Source of the DNA: Patescibacteria group bacterium
GTDB taxonomy: Bacteria; Patescibacteriota; Microgenomatia; Levybacterales; UBA12049
Length of the DNA: 64,000 nt
Reading direction: 5' to 3'
Assembly (NCBI GenBank): GCA_035457005.1
Contig: DATICB010000011.1
Coordinates: forward strand, 4,098-68,097
Of this stretch, positions 1-9,765 are shown one piece after another. Positions within the stretch are counted from its first letter, which is position 1. Each line of letters starts with the position of its first letter. The notes under the pieces are model-generated. The model worked only from the letters and a program-made list of their open reading frames with translations, made no database searches and was not told the origin of the DNA. Position numbers and translations under genes: made by a program.

Positions 1-632
1 TGCATGCGTGGCCTGAATATTACGATAACGATAAACATACATGGGTCATGGTTGATCCAACATGGGGCAACACAACAGGGGGAGTGGACTATTTTCACCT
101 TCTGGATTTTGATCATGTTGCGTTTGTTGTCAAAGGAGTCAGCAGCACGTATCCTGTTCCGGCCGGTGGATACAAATTTACAAGCGATCAAAACAGGAAA
201 GACGTATCAGTAGACGTGACACAAGAAACAATCACTGACCAACCAATCTTAAGCATGAAGTTTACCATGCCAGAAAGTGTTGCCTCTGGACTGCCTATTG
301 GCGGCAGCGCAACATTGGAAAATACAGGATCTGTACTTTTCCCATCACAACCAATGCAGGTTACCACAACACGTCTTAAGCCGCTCGCGCAATTTGTGAG
401 TAGTCCGGCAATCCCACCATTTGGTACAGTCACCAAGCAAATTGCTTTTGACAAAACACCATTTTTGACAAATCTTCATGACACAATTACAATTACGCTT
501 GATGGAAAGTCGGTTACCAGTAGCATTGCTGTTGTTCCGGTTACCAGACAAATTCTGATCATTGGAGGTATTAGTGTTGCTTTATTCATCACATGCATAT
601 GGCTCATTGCCAAAAAACCCTGGCGTCTATGA
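1..632 (+). CDS. Transglutaminase-like domain protein, 5'-partial (frame continues upstream of the window), C-terminal TM anchor
   Basis: Frame 3 from nt 3 reads [23 protein letters not shown], a transglutaminase-like core motif. ORF ends in a hydrophobic helix plus KKPWRL. Confidence 0.5.
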   Translation, partial: HAWPEYYDNDKHTWVMVDPTWGNTTGGVDYFHLLDFDHVAFVVKGVSSTYPVPAGGYKFTSDQNRKDVSVDVTQETITDQPILSMKFTMPESVASGLPIGGSATLENTGSVLFPSQPMQVTTTRLKPLAQFVSSPAIPPFGTVTKQIAFDKTPFLTNLHDTITITLDGKSVTSSIAVVPVTRQILIIGGISVALFITCIWLIAKKPWRL

Positions 633-1856
633 ATTTCTCAGTGAAAAAGGGGAGATTTTGTATGTGGGGAAAGCGAAAAATCTTAAAAACCGTGTCAGCT
701 CCTATTTTGCTAATCCCAACATACTAGTGGGCAAAACCGCTGTTTTGGTATCCCAGGTAAAAAAATTCGCATTACCATTGTTGAGTCAGAGCTGGAATCA
801 CTCCTTCTAGAAGCAGCTCTTATTAAAAAGCACACGCCAAAATATAATATTCGCCTCACAGACGGAAAATCATATCCACTTATTCGTATTACTACAAAAA
901 CACCTTTTCCTGCAGTTCTTACTGCCAGACGACAAGACGACAATAAATCTGAATACTTTGGCCCCTATCCCAATGCCACAGCAATGCATAAAGTGCTTCG
1001 ACTTCTTCGTCGAATTTTTCCTTATCAATCTGTTTTAAATCATCCTAAAAAAATTTGTTTGTATCATCATTTAGGACTGTGTCCGTGTCCGCCAACATTT
1101 GCGACGAGTGAACAAAAACAGCAGTACAAAAAAACAATCAAACATATTATTGGATTTTTGGAAGGAAAATCAAAATCTGTTGTAAAAGAATTGGAGAAAG
1201 AAAGAAGTACGTATGTAAAATCTGAGGAATTTGAAAAAGCAGAAGACATACAAAAACAACTCGATGCAATTGCTCGTGTGACCGAACCATTTACCAATCC
1301 TTTTGAGTATGTAACTAATCCCAATCTTGTAAGCGATGTTCGCGAAAATGAAATGAAAACATTACAGCAAATTTTAAAAGATAACGGAATTATTATTGAT
1401 CTTCCAAAAAGAATTGAATGCTATGACAATTCCAATATTCAAGGTACCAACCCAACATCATCGATGGTAGTTGCAACAAATGGGGAAATGGACAATAGTC
1501 AGTATAGAAAATTTAAAATTAAATCGGTGAAAGGACCAAATGATTTTGCCTCAATGCAAGAGGTCTTGCAAAGACGTTTGAATCACGCGGAATGGCCATA
1601 TCCACAACTTCTTGTTGTTGATGGTGGAAAAGGACAGGTGAGTGCAGCAAAAAAAGTTTTGGATGGACTGCAACTTTCACTTCCACTCATTGGTCTTGCC
1701 AAAAGGGAAGAAACAATTATTACAGAAAGTCTGGATGAAATACATATTCCCAAATCTTCTCCAGCGCTGCAGCTTATCATGAGGCTTCGAGACGAGGCAC
1801 ATCGGTTTGCCATTACCTTTCATAAATCACTTCGCAACAAATCTACTTTCTCGTAA
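562..1856 (+). CDS. uvrC: Excinuclease ABC subunit C (UvrC), interrupted by a -1 frameshift in an A7 run at 759-765
   Basis: N-terminal GIY-YIG (PGVYEF...[18 protein letters not shown]) in frame 1. The continuation [38 protein letters not shown]...YFGPYPNA...[13 protein letters not shown]...[10 protein letters not shown]...[12 protein letters not shown] is in frame 0 and matches UvrC along its length. Confidence 0.8.
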
Positions 1857-3198
1857 CCGTGTAATTATAAGGAAAATAAAGAAATGACGCAGGCTGTTCG
1901 TCTTGCAAATATTTTTGGAAATCCTGATAAATTTTTACGCGCTCTGTTGTATCTGTTGTTTTTCGACCATTTTCCAATAAATTATCTATACGAGTACTTT
2001 TAAAATTTGTAATGTTATTTTCTTGAAACGAATGCCACAGCGTATATTGGTCTGGATCTTGTGGCACATTAAAATCCCCTAAATAAATTTGAAAAACCTG
2101 AGGGATTGTGTCGGTCAATGTAATATTTGTTGTTATACCAACTTTTTTCCACGACGCTTGAATTTGTTTTGCCAAGTTTTCAAATTTAGGAAATGTTGTA
2201 ATTGTTAGCTTAGGGTATGCATGCGCATCTGTTCCGAGTGATGCTTGCAAAAGCAAATTAGCGTGTTCGGTATCCAAACTTCTATCCAATCCATTATTGT
2301 ATGCAAAAGAAAAAGGCGGTAAGGACGTCGCAGCACGTTCACCTTCTGAAAAGGTATTAGGGAGCGCATAAGACAATCCATCACGGAGCCTTTTGTCTGA
2401 TAAGTTTTTATCTTGTGTATTGTAAAAAAGTGCAACAAGTTGCGTGTAGTCAGTGCTTTTCACAATATGCGTGTGAGGGAATTGCGCAAATGTTGTTTTC
2501 TCAAATGTGATCGTTGATAAATTAAGTGCAGTCGTAATTTCTCCCAATGAATATGCAACTTTTAGACTGTCTTGTGTTGGATAAAATACATAAATTTTTA
2601 ATGCTGGTGTTGCGTTGTTGCTGGTAAGTGTCAGACTTTGTAAAAATTGTCCATTACTTTGCACTTTTTTAATTCTATACGGCCCAATACCAATATATCC
2701 GGATTTTAAAATAGGCCTTGCCACTGTTGTAAGAAATGGTGAGTAGCTATCTTGTAACGTATACACAAGCGTGTATGCATCGGGACGTTTTATCGAGACA
2801 TGAGAAAATGAAAATTGCACATCTGAAGAAGTGAGAGGACTCCCATCAACAAAAGTAATATTTTTTTTCAAATGAAACACATACGTTTTTCCATTGTTTT
2901 GTATTTGCCAGGACGAGGCAACATCAGGTTGTGGAATTCCGGCACTATCAATGCGGGTCAGACCCCGTGATATATCTTGTGTTACCGAAGGTGGTAAAGT
3001 TTGAAGTGTATAAACACCAGCAATACCGACTGTTTCTTTACTCACCCCTGTGAATGCAGCAATAATGTAGGGAAAAGATGATTTTAAGACAAAAAAGATC
3101 GCAAGACCAAAAAGAAAACAAGCCAAAAGAATACGACCCCATCGACGTAAATACGCCCGTAAAATCCAAAAAATAAGCCTTCGTTTTATAACGATCAT
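1843..3198 (-). CDS. ABC transporter substrate-binding protein, family 5 (peptide/nickel type), N-terminal membrane anchor
   Basis: SBP_bac_5-like motifs (ASSWQIQNNGKTYVFHLKKNITFVDGSPLTSSDVQFS); 451 aa. Confidence 0.6.
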   Translation of the reverse strand: MIVIKRRLIFWILRAYLRRWGRILLACFLFGLAIFFVLKSSFPYIIAAFTGVSKETVGIAGVYTLQTLPPSVTQDISRGLTRIDSAGIPQPDVASSWQIQNNGKTYVFHLKKNITFVDGSPLTSSDVQFSFSHVSIKRPDAYTLVYTLQDSYSPFLTTVARPILKSGYIGIGPYRIKKVQSNGQFLQSLTLTSNNATPALKIYVFYPTQDSLKVAYSLGEITTALNLSTITFEKTTFAQFPHTHIVKSTDYTQLVALFYNTQDKNLSDKRLRDGLSYALPNTFSEGERAATSLPPFSFAYNNGLDRSLDTEHANLLLQASLGTDAHAYPKLTITTFPKFENLAKQIQASWKKVGITTNITLTDTIPQVFQIYLGDFNVPQDPDQYTLWHSFQENNITNFKSTRIDNLLENGRKTTDTTERVKIYQDFQKYLQDEQPASFLYFPYNYTVTRK

Positions 3199-3201
3199 AG
3201 A

Positions 3202-3417
3202 TTATCTGTGGTACAGAAGTAGCAGTGAAATGACCGCAAACAAAACTGCCAACATAATCGTTGCAATGTAAAGAAACCTCTCAACACTTCTCTTACTTCG
3301 GTAAAATTCTCCTGCTCCGCCGAAAGCAGTTGAAAGTCCAGATCCTTGCATTTGCAATGCAATACACACAATAAGAAGTACCGCAACAACAATTTCAATA
3401 ACAAGTAAAAGTATCAT
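3202..3417 (-). CDS. secG: Preprotein translocase subunit SecG
   Basis: 71 aa, two TM helices, glycine-rich loop (QGSGLSTAFGGAGEF) typical of SecG. Confidence 0.7.
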   Translation of the reverse strand: MILLLVIEIVVAVLLIVCIALQMQGSGLSTAFGGAGEFYRSKRSVERFLYIATIMLAVLFAVISLLLLYHR

Positions 3418-4415
3418 AAAAGAGAAACGATTTTTTCTGCCAATTTATCACTATCATGTCTCACAAGACTTCTCACCAAACTATCAGCTCGTGATTTGAC
3501 AATTTTTTGACTACCAATCAGTGGTGCTCGTATTATACGATAATACGCTTTTTCTGCCAAATCATCAATCACAGGGTACTCTTTCATGTGCTCATATTTT
3601 TTCAACATTGCCTTAGTGTATGTTTTTGTGTTGACCAAAACACCATCTAATGTTTTCCCAATAAAACTTTCTAGTACTGCAATATGGTCTGATGCTTTGT
3701 ACCCGTATGTTTGACCATATTTTGTCATAAGATTCATAACATACACTTTTTTTGCTTTTGATTTTTCGATCGCTTTTGCCACACCCTCTACCAACAAATT
3801 AGGAAGAAGACTTGTATATAAATCGCCAGGTCCCAGGACAATAAGATCGGCAGCAGCTATTGCATCGAGCGCCTGCTGGTTGGGTTTTGCTTTGGGTTTA
3901 AGGTAAATATTGGTAATCCGTAATTTTCCATCGTGGGTTGGCTCGTCAATAAAATGCTCCTCGGTGACTGTTTTCCCATTTTCATATGTTGCGAAAAGGT
4001 TGGTGTTGGTAAAGGTAACAGGAATAACCGTGCCATTAATTCGCAAAACCTTGCTTGTTGCATGGATTGCCGCTTCTTGAGAGCCCAAAATATCGGACAG
4101 CGCTGCCATAAAAAGGTTGCCAAATGTCATACCTTTTATACCTTCTCCTTTTTCAAATCGGTACATAAAAAGTTGACGAAGAATGCCTGACTTTCCTTTT
4201 TCTGCAGAAAGAGCAATAAGACATTGTCGTATGTCAGAGGTGGGAAGTAGACCAAATTCATCTCGAATCCGCTTATTGCTCCCGCCGCTGTCGCTCATCG
4301 TGACAATCGCAGAAAGATTCAGAGGATAATTTTTTAAGCCGTTAAGAGCGACAAACGTTCCGGTTCCACCGCCGATACAAACAACGTGTTGTTTTTCTAG
4401 TCTGTGCCGACCCAT
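3414..4415 (-). CDS. yvcK: YvcK/CofD-family gluconeogenesis factor (UPF0052); start placed at internal MGRHR
   Basis: VVCIGGGTGTFVALNGLKNY...IVTMSDSGGSNKRIRDEFGLLPTSDIRQCLIALS matches YvcK N-terminal signature. Confidence 0.75.
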   Translation of the reverse strand: MGRHRLEKQHVVCIGGGTGTFVALNGLKNYPLNLSAIVTMSDSGGSNKRIRDEFGLLPTSDIRQCLIALSAEKGKSGILRQLFMYRFEKGEGIKGMTFGNLFMAALSDILGSQEAAIHATSKVLRINGTVIPVTFTNTNLFATYENGKTVTEEHFIDEPTHDGKLRITNIYLKPKAKPNQQALDAIAAADLIVLGPGDLYTSLLPNLLVEGVAKAIEKSKAKKVYVMNLMTKYGQTYGYKASDHIAVLESFIGKTLDGVLVNTKTYTKAMLKKYEHMKEYPVIDDLAEKAYYRIIRAPLIGSQKIVKSRADSLVRSLVRHDSDKLAEKIVSLL

Positions 4416-4801
4416 GTTAAGAAGGAGTATACCCCAGAAAGCACCATTGACGCAACCAAATAGGCAAACCATTTATTCAAAGCAATTGGTGGAATCGCAA
4501 ATCCAACAAACGATATTCCCGGTAAAGTAAATGGCAAAACACTTACCTGTGCAACAAAAACAGTAAGGAAAAAAAGAATTACTGCATTCACTAAAAATGA
4601 AACAAGACCAAATGTCAAAAGATTCAAGGGCATGGAAAGCAAATCAAGAATTGGTTTAAGAATAAGCATCATGAGTGACAAAACAATTCCCGTAATAATG
4701 TAAATTTGCAGTCCTCCTTGCAAATGAAATCCTGACAAAAGCTGTGTCGTAACAAAAAGAGCAATGGTGTAGAAAAGAAATCGGCGCAAAAGTCCTTTCA
4801 T
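4397..4801 (-). CDS. DUF360/YvlD-like (phage-holin-family-4-like) small membrane protein; start at MKGLLRRF
   Basis: Four predicted TM helices, about 135 aa. The longer upstream extension overlaps neighbouring genes. Confidence 0.5.
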   Translation of the reverse strand: MKGLLRRFLFYTIALFVTTQLLSGFHLQGGLQIYIITGIVLSLMMLILKPILDLLSMPLNLLTFGLVSFLVNAVILFFLTVFVAQVSVLPFTLPGISFVGFAIPPIALNKWFAYLVASMVLSGVYSFLTWVGTD

Positions 4802-4878
4802 ATATACACTGTAACAAGTCTTGAAAAAACAATCAATCTGGACAAAAAGATGCTTTTTGTATAGTATGGTGATGCCGC

Positions 4879-6123
4879 ATGAAAACAATAAAAGTATCAA
4901 TACAGGATGAGCACACACTCGTGCTTCAAGAGATCGGACAAAAAGGTGACTTAATCGATTTAAAGTCAATTCATGAAGTTGATATTGATAAATCTACAAT
5001 TGAGAATGTAATAAATTCAATTAAAAGGGATGAGTTTAATGCTCAACTAGAGAAAGAGACAAAAACTATTGAGACCAAAATGGAATTGCAAGCAAAATTG
5101 AAAGAGAAGGAAATTATTGACCGCGCAAAAGATGCCCTTTCTAAAAAAGATCAAGAAATTTTAACATTAAATTCCAAAATTGAAGTTATTGCAAAACAAA
5201 CGGAATCAGATACTAAATTGAAAGATCTTGAAGAAAAACAAAAAATTATGGATGATTACCGTCAAAAATTAAGTGAAAAAGATACCGAAATTAGTGAAAT
5301 AAAGCACAAAGGTGAATTAGAGGTTGAAAAGTTAAATGAAAAACTTAGGTCTAGCGAGACAGCATTAGTTTCATTAAAAGAAATGAGATCGAAAATGAGT
5401 ACCAAGATGATTGGCGAATCCTTAGAGACACATTGTGAAAATGAATTTAATAAAATTAGGCCATTTGCTTTCCCTAACGCAAAATTTGGCAAAGACAATA
5501 CAGTCTCAGGAACCGGCTCAAAAGGCGATTATATTTACCGAGAGTCTGATGAAGATGGGAATGAAATTCTATCAATCATGTTTGAGATGAAAAATGAAGA
5601 AGATGGTACTGCAACAAAACACAAGAATAAAGATTTTTTTAAAGAACTTGACAAGGACAGGAAAGAAAAAGATTGCGAATTTGCCGTATTGGTTAGCTTA
5701 CTTGAAAAAGATAATGAATATTATGATGACATAGTTACTGTTCACGAATATTCAAACATGTACTCCATTCGACCCCAACATTTCATTACAACAATCGGTT
5801 TTTTACGCCAAGGAAACATAAAATCACAAGAGCTACGACGTCAGATTCAAATTTTAAAAAATCAAAATATAGATGTTACTAACTTTGAAAATAACATGAA
5901 CGCATTTAAAGATGCTTTCGCACGCAACTATAACCTTGCCTCGGATCAATTTGCTAATGCAATAAAGGAAATTGATAATACAATTGACCATTTAAACAAA
6001 GTGAAAGAAAATCTATTGAAGTCTGATAATAACTTGCGACTCGCCAATAATAAGGCGATTGATTTATCAATAAAAAAATTGACAGCAAATAGTCCGAGCG
6101 TAGCAAAAGCATTTGAAAAATAG
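4879..6123 (+). CDS. DUF2130-like coiled-coil protein with a C-terminal globular domain
   Basis: Long K/E-rich coiled-coil N-terminal half followed by a conserved C-terminal region (HCENEFNKIRPFAFPNAKFGKDNTV...DYIYRE). Confidence 0.5.
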   Translation: MKTIKVSIQDEHTLVLQEIGQKGDLIDLKSIHEVDIDKSTIENVINSIKRDEFNAQLEKETKTIETKMELQAKLKEKEIIDRAKDALSKKDQEILTLNSKIEVIAKQTESDTKLKDLEEKQKIMDDYRQKLSEKDTEISEIKHKGELEVEKLNEKLRSSETALVSLKEMRSKMSTKMIGESLETHCENEFNKIRPFAFPNAKFGKDNTVSGTGSKGDYIYRESDEDGNEILSIMFEMKNEEDGTATKHKNKDFFKELDKDRKEKDCEFAVLVSLLEKDNEYYDDIVTVHEYSNMYSIRPQHFITTIGFLRQGNIKSQELRRQIQILKNQNIDVTNFENNMNAFKDAFARNYNLASDQFANAIKEIDNTIDHLNKVKENLLKSDNNLRLANNKAIDLSIKKLTANSPSVAKAFEK

Positions 6124-6196
6124 AATCTACCGTTCTACACAGTAAATAATTAGAAACCTTGTCATTTGAAGATGGAGAAAGCGAGAAAAATGTTTT

Positions 6197-7138
6197 TTAC
6201 AAAGCGAGGATAACAATTGTTCCGATCACTGCTGCTACTGCACCAATCAACCCGACTCCAATCACCACATCACCAGGACCAGTTGGTGGAAGCGTTGGCT
6301 TTGGTGTTGTTGTAGGCGGTGTCACGGTTGGTGTTGCCGTCGGCGTTGGTGTATCAGTTGGTGTAATTGTTGACGTTGGCGTGGGCGTAGGTGTGTCTGT
6401 TGGCGTCACTGTTTCCGATGGAGTAGGTGTTTCTGTAGGAGTTGAAGTCGGTGTGTCGGTGGGTGTAATCGTTGGTGTAGGAGTTGACGTCGGCGTTGCT
6501 GTTGGTGTGAGACTTGGTGCAGCACAATCTGCTGTTTTTGCCCAACAGAATCCATATCCTAAAACATTTGCAGACGAGCTTTGATCAAATGGCGATGTTC
6601 CAAATGTGCATGTTTGCCCATTCAAGGTATAAGACAAAACAAAGTCAGTTTGGTATCTTCCGCACGCACCAAAATTAACACCACCTTCTACGGGATTTAC
6701 TGTCACTGCAAATGACTGAGGACTACTGGTCACGGTAATTGTCTTGGTATTATCCTGTTCATTCTTCAGACACGCAAAAGAATTGGTAGGATCTCCGCCT
6801 AATTCTGCTGCATTTTTACACCAAAAACCAAACCATTTTACCTGTACGTTGGAGTATGTCCCACCATCTGCAGACACAATATAGGCAGTTGTTGTGTATG
6901 ACGTTAAATCGGGTCTTCCACCGTTATTACATGCAGCAGGAGATTCAATAATCGACGTTACCTTAACATGTCCGCAGCTATCCAATCCTCCTTGGTACAG
7001 TGCAGTACTTGCTTTTTGCTGGGTCTGTTGCTGCTGCTGACCATACCAAACAGTAAGAGGAATTGCGACAAGAAGAATAAGCAAAAGAAGTAATGCCAAA
7101 ACTTTCTGTACTGTTTGTGTTTGAAAAAATGAAAACAT
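6197..7138 (-). CDS. Secreted Cys-containing surface protein with a TP-repeat linker and an LPPTG-type sortase sorting signal
   Basis: N-terminal signal/anchor. (T/P)-rich repeat [20 protein letters not shown]... C-terminal LPPTGPG plus a hydrophobic helix. Confidence 0.65.
   Translation of the reverse strand: MFSFFQTQTVQKVLALLLLLILLVAIPLTVWYGQQQQQTQQKASTALYQGGLDSCGHVKVTSIIESPAACNNGGRPDLTSYTTTAYIVSADGGTYSNVQVKWFGFWCKNAAELGGDPTNSFACLKNEQDNTKTITVTSSPQSFAVTVNPVEGGVNFGACGRYQTDFVLSYTLNGQTCTFGTSPFDQSSSANVLGYGFCWAKTADCAAPSLTPTATPTSTPTPTITPTDTPTSTPTETPTPSETVTPTDTPTPTPTSTITPTDTPTPTATPTVTPPTTTPKPTLPPTGPGDVVIGVGLIGAVAAVIGTIVILAL
6283..6526. repeat. Imperfect tandem codon-level repeats (ACN-CCN) encoding the TP-rich linker; these generate a spurious opposite-strand ORF at 6159-6584
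   Basis: Direct reading of the sequence. Confidence 0.7.
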
Positions 7139-7218
7139 AGATACTACGTCCTCTTTTTAGCTTAGAGCGCAATATCACACTTGTCAATTGACAACTTTTC
7201 CGAAACAATACACGTAGT

Positions 7219-8325
7219 GTGAAAAAGTATCTTCCGTGGATTGTCTATGCATTTTCTTTTCTTGCATTTTCATACACGCTTTATTCACTTATAAAAGTAG
7301 CAACAACATTTCAGCCAGACTTTAGTATTTTTTACTACGCTGCACGAGATGTATTGCATGGAATTACTCCGTACAACGATAAAACATTATTTACGGCTTT
7401 TAATTACCCGGTTGCAACAACGATTTTTTTCATGCCTTTCACATTTTTTTCATTTAAAATATCACAAAGTATTTTTACTATTACTAATGCAGTAGCACTT
7501 TTTTCAGCCATTCTTTTCACCTATAAATCACTACAAAAGAAAATCGTTGTGTGGCAATTTTTAGTAGTTGCAAGTTTTGCACTTTTAGCGTTTCCAACAA
7601 AATTTACTTTTGGCATGGGGCAGACCAATCTGATTGCTTATGCATTGTTGCTGGCAGGATTTTTCCTTTTTTCAAAGACAAAAAGAATAAAAAGCGCATT
7701 CCTATTTTTTCTTTGCGCCATGTTACTCAAACCAATTTTATTCTTTACACTTCTTGTATTTCTGTTTGAAAAACAATATACATATTTTTTCTCTCTTTGT
7801 ATCGCAATAGCGTTCTTTGTTTTTCTCATTCCAATTCTTTTCCATCTACCAAATAGTAATGTAATTTTTTTGCAAAACATACTACATCAGAGTCTTGCTG
7901 GTAGGGAAGTGTACTATAATCAAGGATTTTTAGGCTTTATTGCACGACTAACAAACAATTTGGCACTACGAACTATTGTTACCACTGGTATAACAGTACC
8001 ACTTCTTTTCTTTGTTTTTTGGAAAATCCGCAGTATTTCATTTGTTAGCAAACTATCGCTACTTCTGACAACGCTCCTCCTTATAGATCCACTTTCTTGG
8101 CAACACCATTTTGTCTTTCTTCTTCTCCCATTTTTACTTACGTATTTTTTAGTGACTAAACAAAAACTTCATCAAAAATTTTATTTACTACTTTTTGTCA
8201 TGTCTTATCTTTTTGTAGCATGGAATTTTAAAACACCACAAATATTTCAATCATTTCCTCTTATACTTTCCAATCAATTGTACGGCACAATTCTCCTCCT
8301 CTTCTTACAGCTCAAACTGTTGTAA
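7219..8325 (+). CDS. DUF2029/GT87-family polytopic membrane glycosyltransferase-like protein
   Basis: About 10 TM helices; PDFSIFYYAARDVLHGITPY motif characteristic of DUF2029 mannosyltransferase-like proteins. Confidence 0.55.
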   Translation: MKKYLPWIVYAFSFLAFSYTLYSLIKVATTFQPDFSIFYYAARDVLHGITPYNDKTLFTAFNYPVATTIFFMPFTFFSFKISQSIFTITNAVALFSAILFTYKSLQKKIVVWQFLVVASFALLAFPTKFTFGMGQTNLIAYALLLAGFFLFSKTKRIKSAFLFFLCAMLLKPILFFTLLVFLFEKQYTYFFSLCIAIAFFVFLIPILFHLPNSNVIFLQNILHQSLAGREVYYNQGFLGFIARLTNNLALRTIVTTGITVPLLFFVFWKIRSISFVSKLSLLLTTLLLIDPLSWQHHFVFLLLPFLLTYFLVTKQKLHQKFYLLLFVMSYLFVAWNFKTPQIFQSFPLILSNQLYGTILLLFLQLKLL

Positions 8326-8334
8326 AATACAACA

Positions 8335-8787
8335 ATGAATACAATCATTTACTTTACCCAAAAGGGCTTGGACGAAAAAAGAAAAGAGTATGACAAATTA
8401 CTACAAGAACGTCCTGATGCGGTAAAAGAATTAGCAAAAGCTCGGGAAATGGGGGATTTATCAGAAAATGGATACTACAAAGGCGCACGATTTAAACTTT
8501 CTCAAATAGATAGAGATATACGTCACCTTAAATATATTCTTAAAATGGCACGGGTAAAAGAGCCAACAGGAAATGGGATAGACATTGGCTCAACTGTCAC
8601 CCTTTCCAATGGGCAACAAGAGAAAACATATGAAATTGTTGGGACCTACGAATCAAATCCATCTCTGGGAAAAATTTCCCTTGATTCTCCTCTTGGCAAA
8701 TTATTGAAAAATAAAAAAGAAGGGGACAATGTAGAATTACTCACTGGAGACAAGAAAACAACCTATACGATAACACAAACCTCTTAA
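8335..8787 (+). CDS. greA: Transcription elongation factor GreA
   Basis: GDLSENGYY...ISLDSPLGKLLKNKKEGDNVEL matches the GreA N- and C-terminal domains. Confidence 0.85.
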   Translation: MNTIIYFTQKGLDEKRKEYDKLLQERPDAVKELAKAREMGDLSENGYYKGARFKLSQIDRDIRHLKYILKMARVKEPTGNGIDIGSTVTLSNGQQEKTYEIVGTYESNPSLGKISLDSPLGKLLKNKKEGDNVELLTGDKKTTYTITQTS

Positions 8788-8833
8788 TTGCCTTATAGTT
8801 TACAAATTACTCTCCTGGTGCTATGATCTTCGG

Positions 8834-9295
8834 ATGTTTCGCAAAAAAGCTGAGAGTTTAAGAAATCTTCCAAGAAGTATTCGTGAAAGAAATAGATTAG
8901 GTATAAGTGTTGGTTTTTCGGTAGTTTCCCTTCTTGTTCCTCCTGTTGGTCCTGGCATTGCAGGCGGAATTGGCGTATTCAACAGCGGATATGAGCTCAA
9001 TGATGTGCGAAGAGGTAAACCACGAGCAAGTATTGTTAGAACAGGGGTCTATGCAGCTCTTGCAGCATCTGAATTTTATCTGCAGTTTCAAGGCAACCAA
9101 GTTTATTCATGGGAAAACGATATTTTGAATCATTTCGGACACCATATGCCAGGCTTCATGGACTATGTCGCAAGATATGTTCCAGGAGGCGGTATAGGAC
9201 TTATAACGGGACTAGGCACAAATACAACAAATTGGGAGCTTATTAGAGCCTGGAGACAAAGACGAAGTAATTTAAGAGAAGCTAGACTTCGGTAA
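8834..9295 (+). CDS. Hypothetical membrane-associated protein (GC-richer)
   Basis: 153-aa ORF, one hydrophobic segment, no recognisable family. Confidence 0.4.
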   Translation: MFRKKAESLRNLPRSIRERNRLGISVGFSVVSLLVPPVGPGIAGGIGVFNSGYELNDVRRGKPRASIVRTGVYAALAASEFYLQFQGNQVYSWENDILNHFGHHMPGFMDYVARYVPGGGIGLITGLGTNTTNWELIRAWRQRRSNLREARLR

Positions 9296-9311
9296 AACTA
9301 TAAGAAAGATT

Positions 9312-9575
9312 TTAGACAAATTGCGGATCCCGACGTGGCGACAAAGGCTGCGTGCTACCTGCGCCTGGCCGCAGATCACCTGTTTCATAATCTGGAAAAG
9401 GGTGCGCATAGCGACTTGAATGTGGAATCGGAGAAAAAAACCCTCCTTTGCCCTCATCCAATATTGGACCTCGGAGTCCTAACAAAGGCCCGCTTGGCCT
9501 TGGGTAACTTGAGTATTGATCTCCTTCTGATTTTCCCATAGTGGCTACTATACTAAAAAGAAGAAATTTTGTCAA
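9312..9575 (-). CDS. Small R/P/G-rich low-complexity protein (member of a GC-rich small-ORF set); start uncertain (may be the internal Met)
   Basis: GC-rich 260-nt island; the minus ORF encodes ...PRPSGPLLGLRGP...DLRPGAGSTQPLSPRRDPQ, similar in composition to other small ORFs in the window. Confidence 0.3.
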   Translation of the reverse strand: MTKFLLFSIVATMGKSEGDQYSSYPRPSGPLLGLRGPILDEGKGGFFSPIPHSSRYAHPFPDYETGDLRPGAGSTQPLSPRRDPQFV

Positions 9576-9641
9576 AATGTGAGCCGGCAGGGATTCGAAC
9601 CCTGAACCTAAGGATTAAGAGTCCTTTGCTCTACCGTTGAG
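9570..9641 (-). tRNA. tRNA-Lys (anticodon CTT)
   Basis: Cloverleaf parsed by hand: acceptor gggtcgg/ccggctc, D-arm gctc..gagc, anticodon loop cuCUUaa, T-arm caggg-ttcgaat-ccctg. Confidence 0.8.
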
Positions 9642-9765
9642 CTACCGACCCAGGCACACAAAAGTATAGCAAATTTCCCAATGCTTTGCAGGCTGAAAAA
9701 GATCTCCAAACATATTGCTGACAACTCCAACTCTTGCATTATTCTAGTCATTTCTCTATACTACA

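Noticed and set aside
984-1856. Separate 290-aa gene starting at MHKVLRLL
   Set aside because: Upstream in-frame translation continues UvrC homology back to nt 765. It is the downstream part of frameshifted uvrC, not an independent gene.
6159-6584. 141-aa plus-strand ORF rich in G/V
   Set aside because: It is the antisense shadow of the TP-repeat-encoding region of the 6197-7138 surface-protein gene; compositionally driven, not a gene.
9300-9560. GC-rich island considered as RNase P RNA, tmRNA, SRP RNA or 6S RNA
   Set aside because: None of the diagnostic conserved motifs was found on either strand: RNase P P4 GGAAAGUCCGG / ACAGAANCCGGCUUA, the tmRNA TLD with ...ALAA tag, or the SRP GGAAGCAGC core. 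A small G/P/R-rich ORF fits better, but it remains uncertain.
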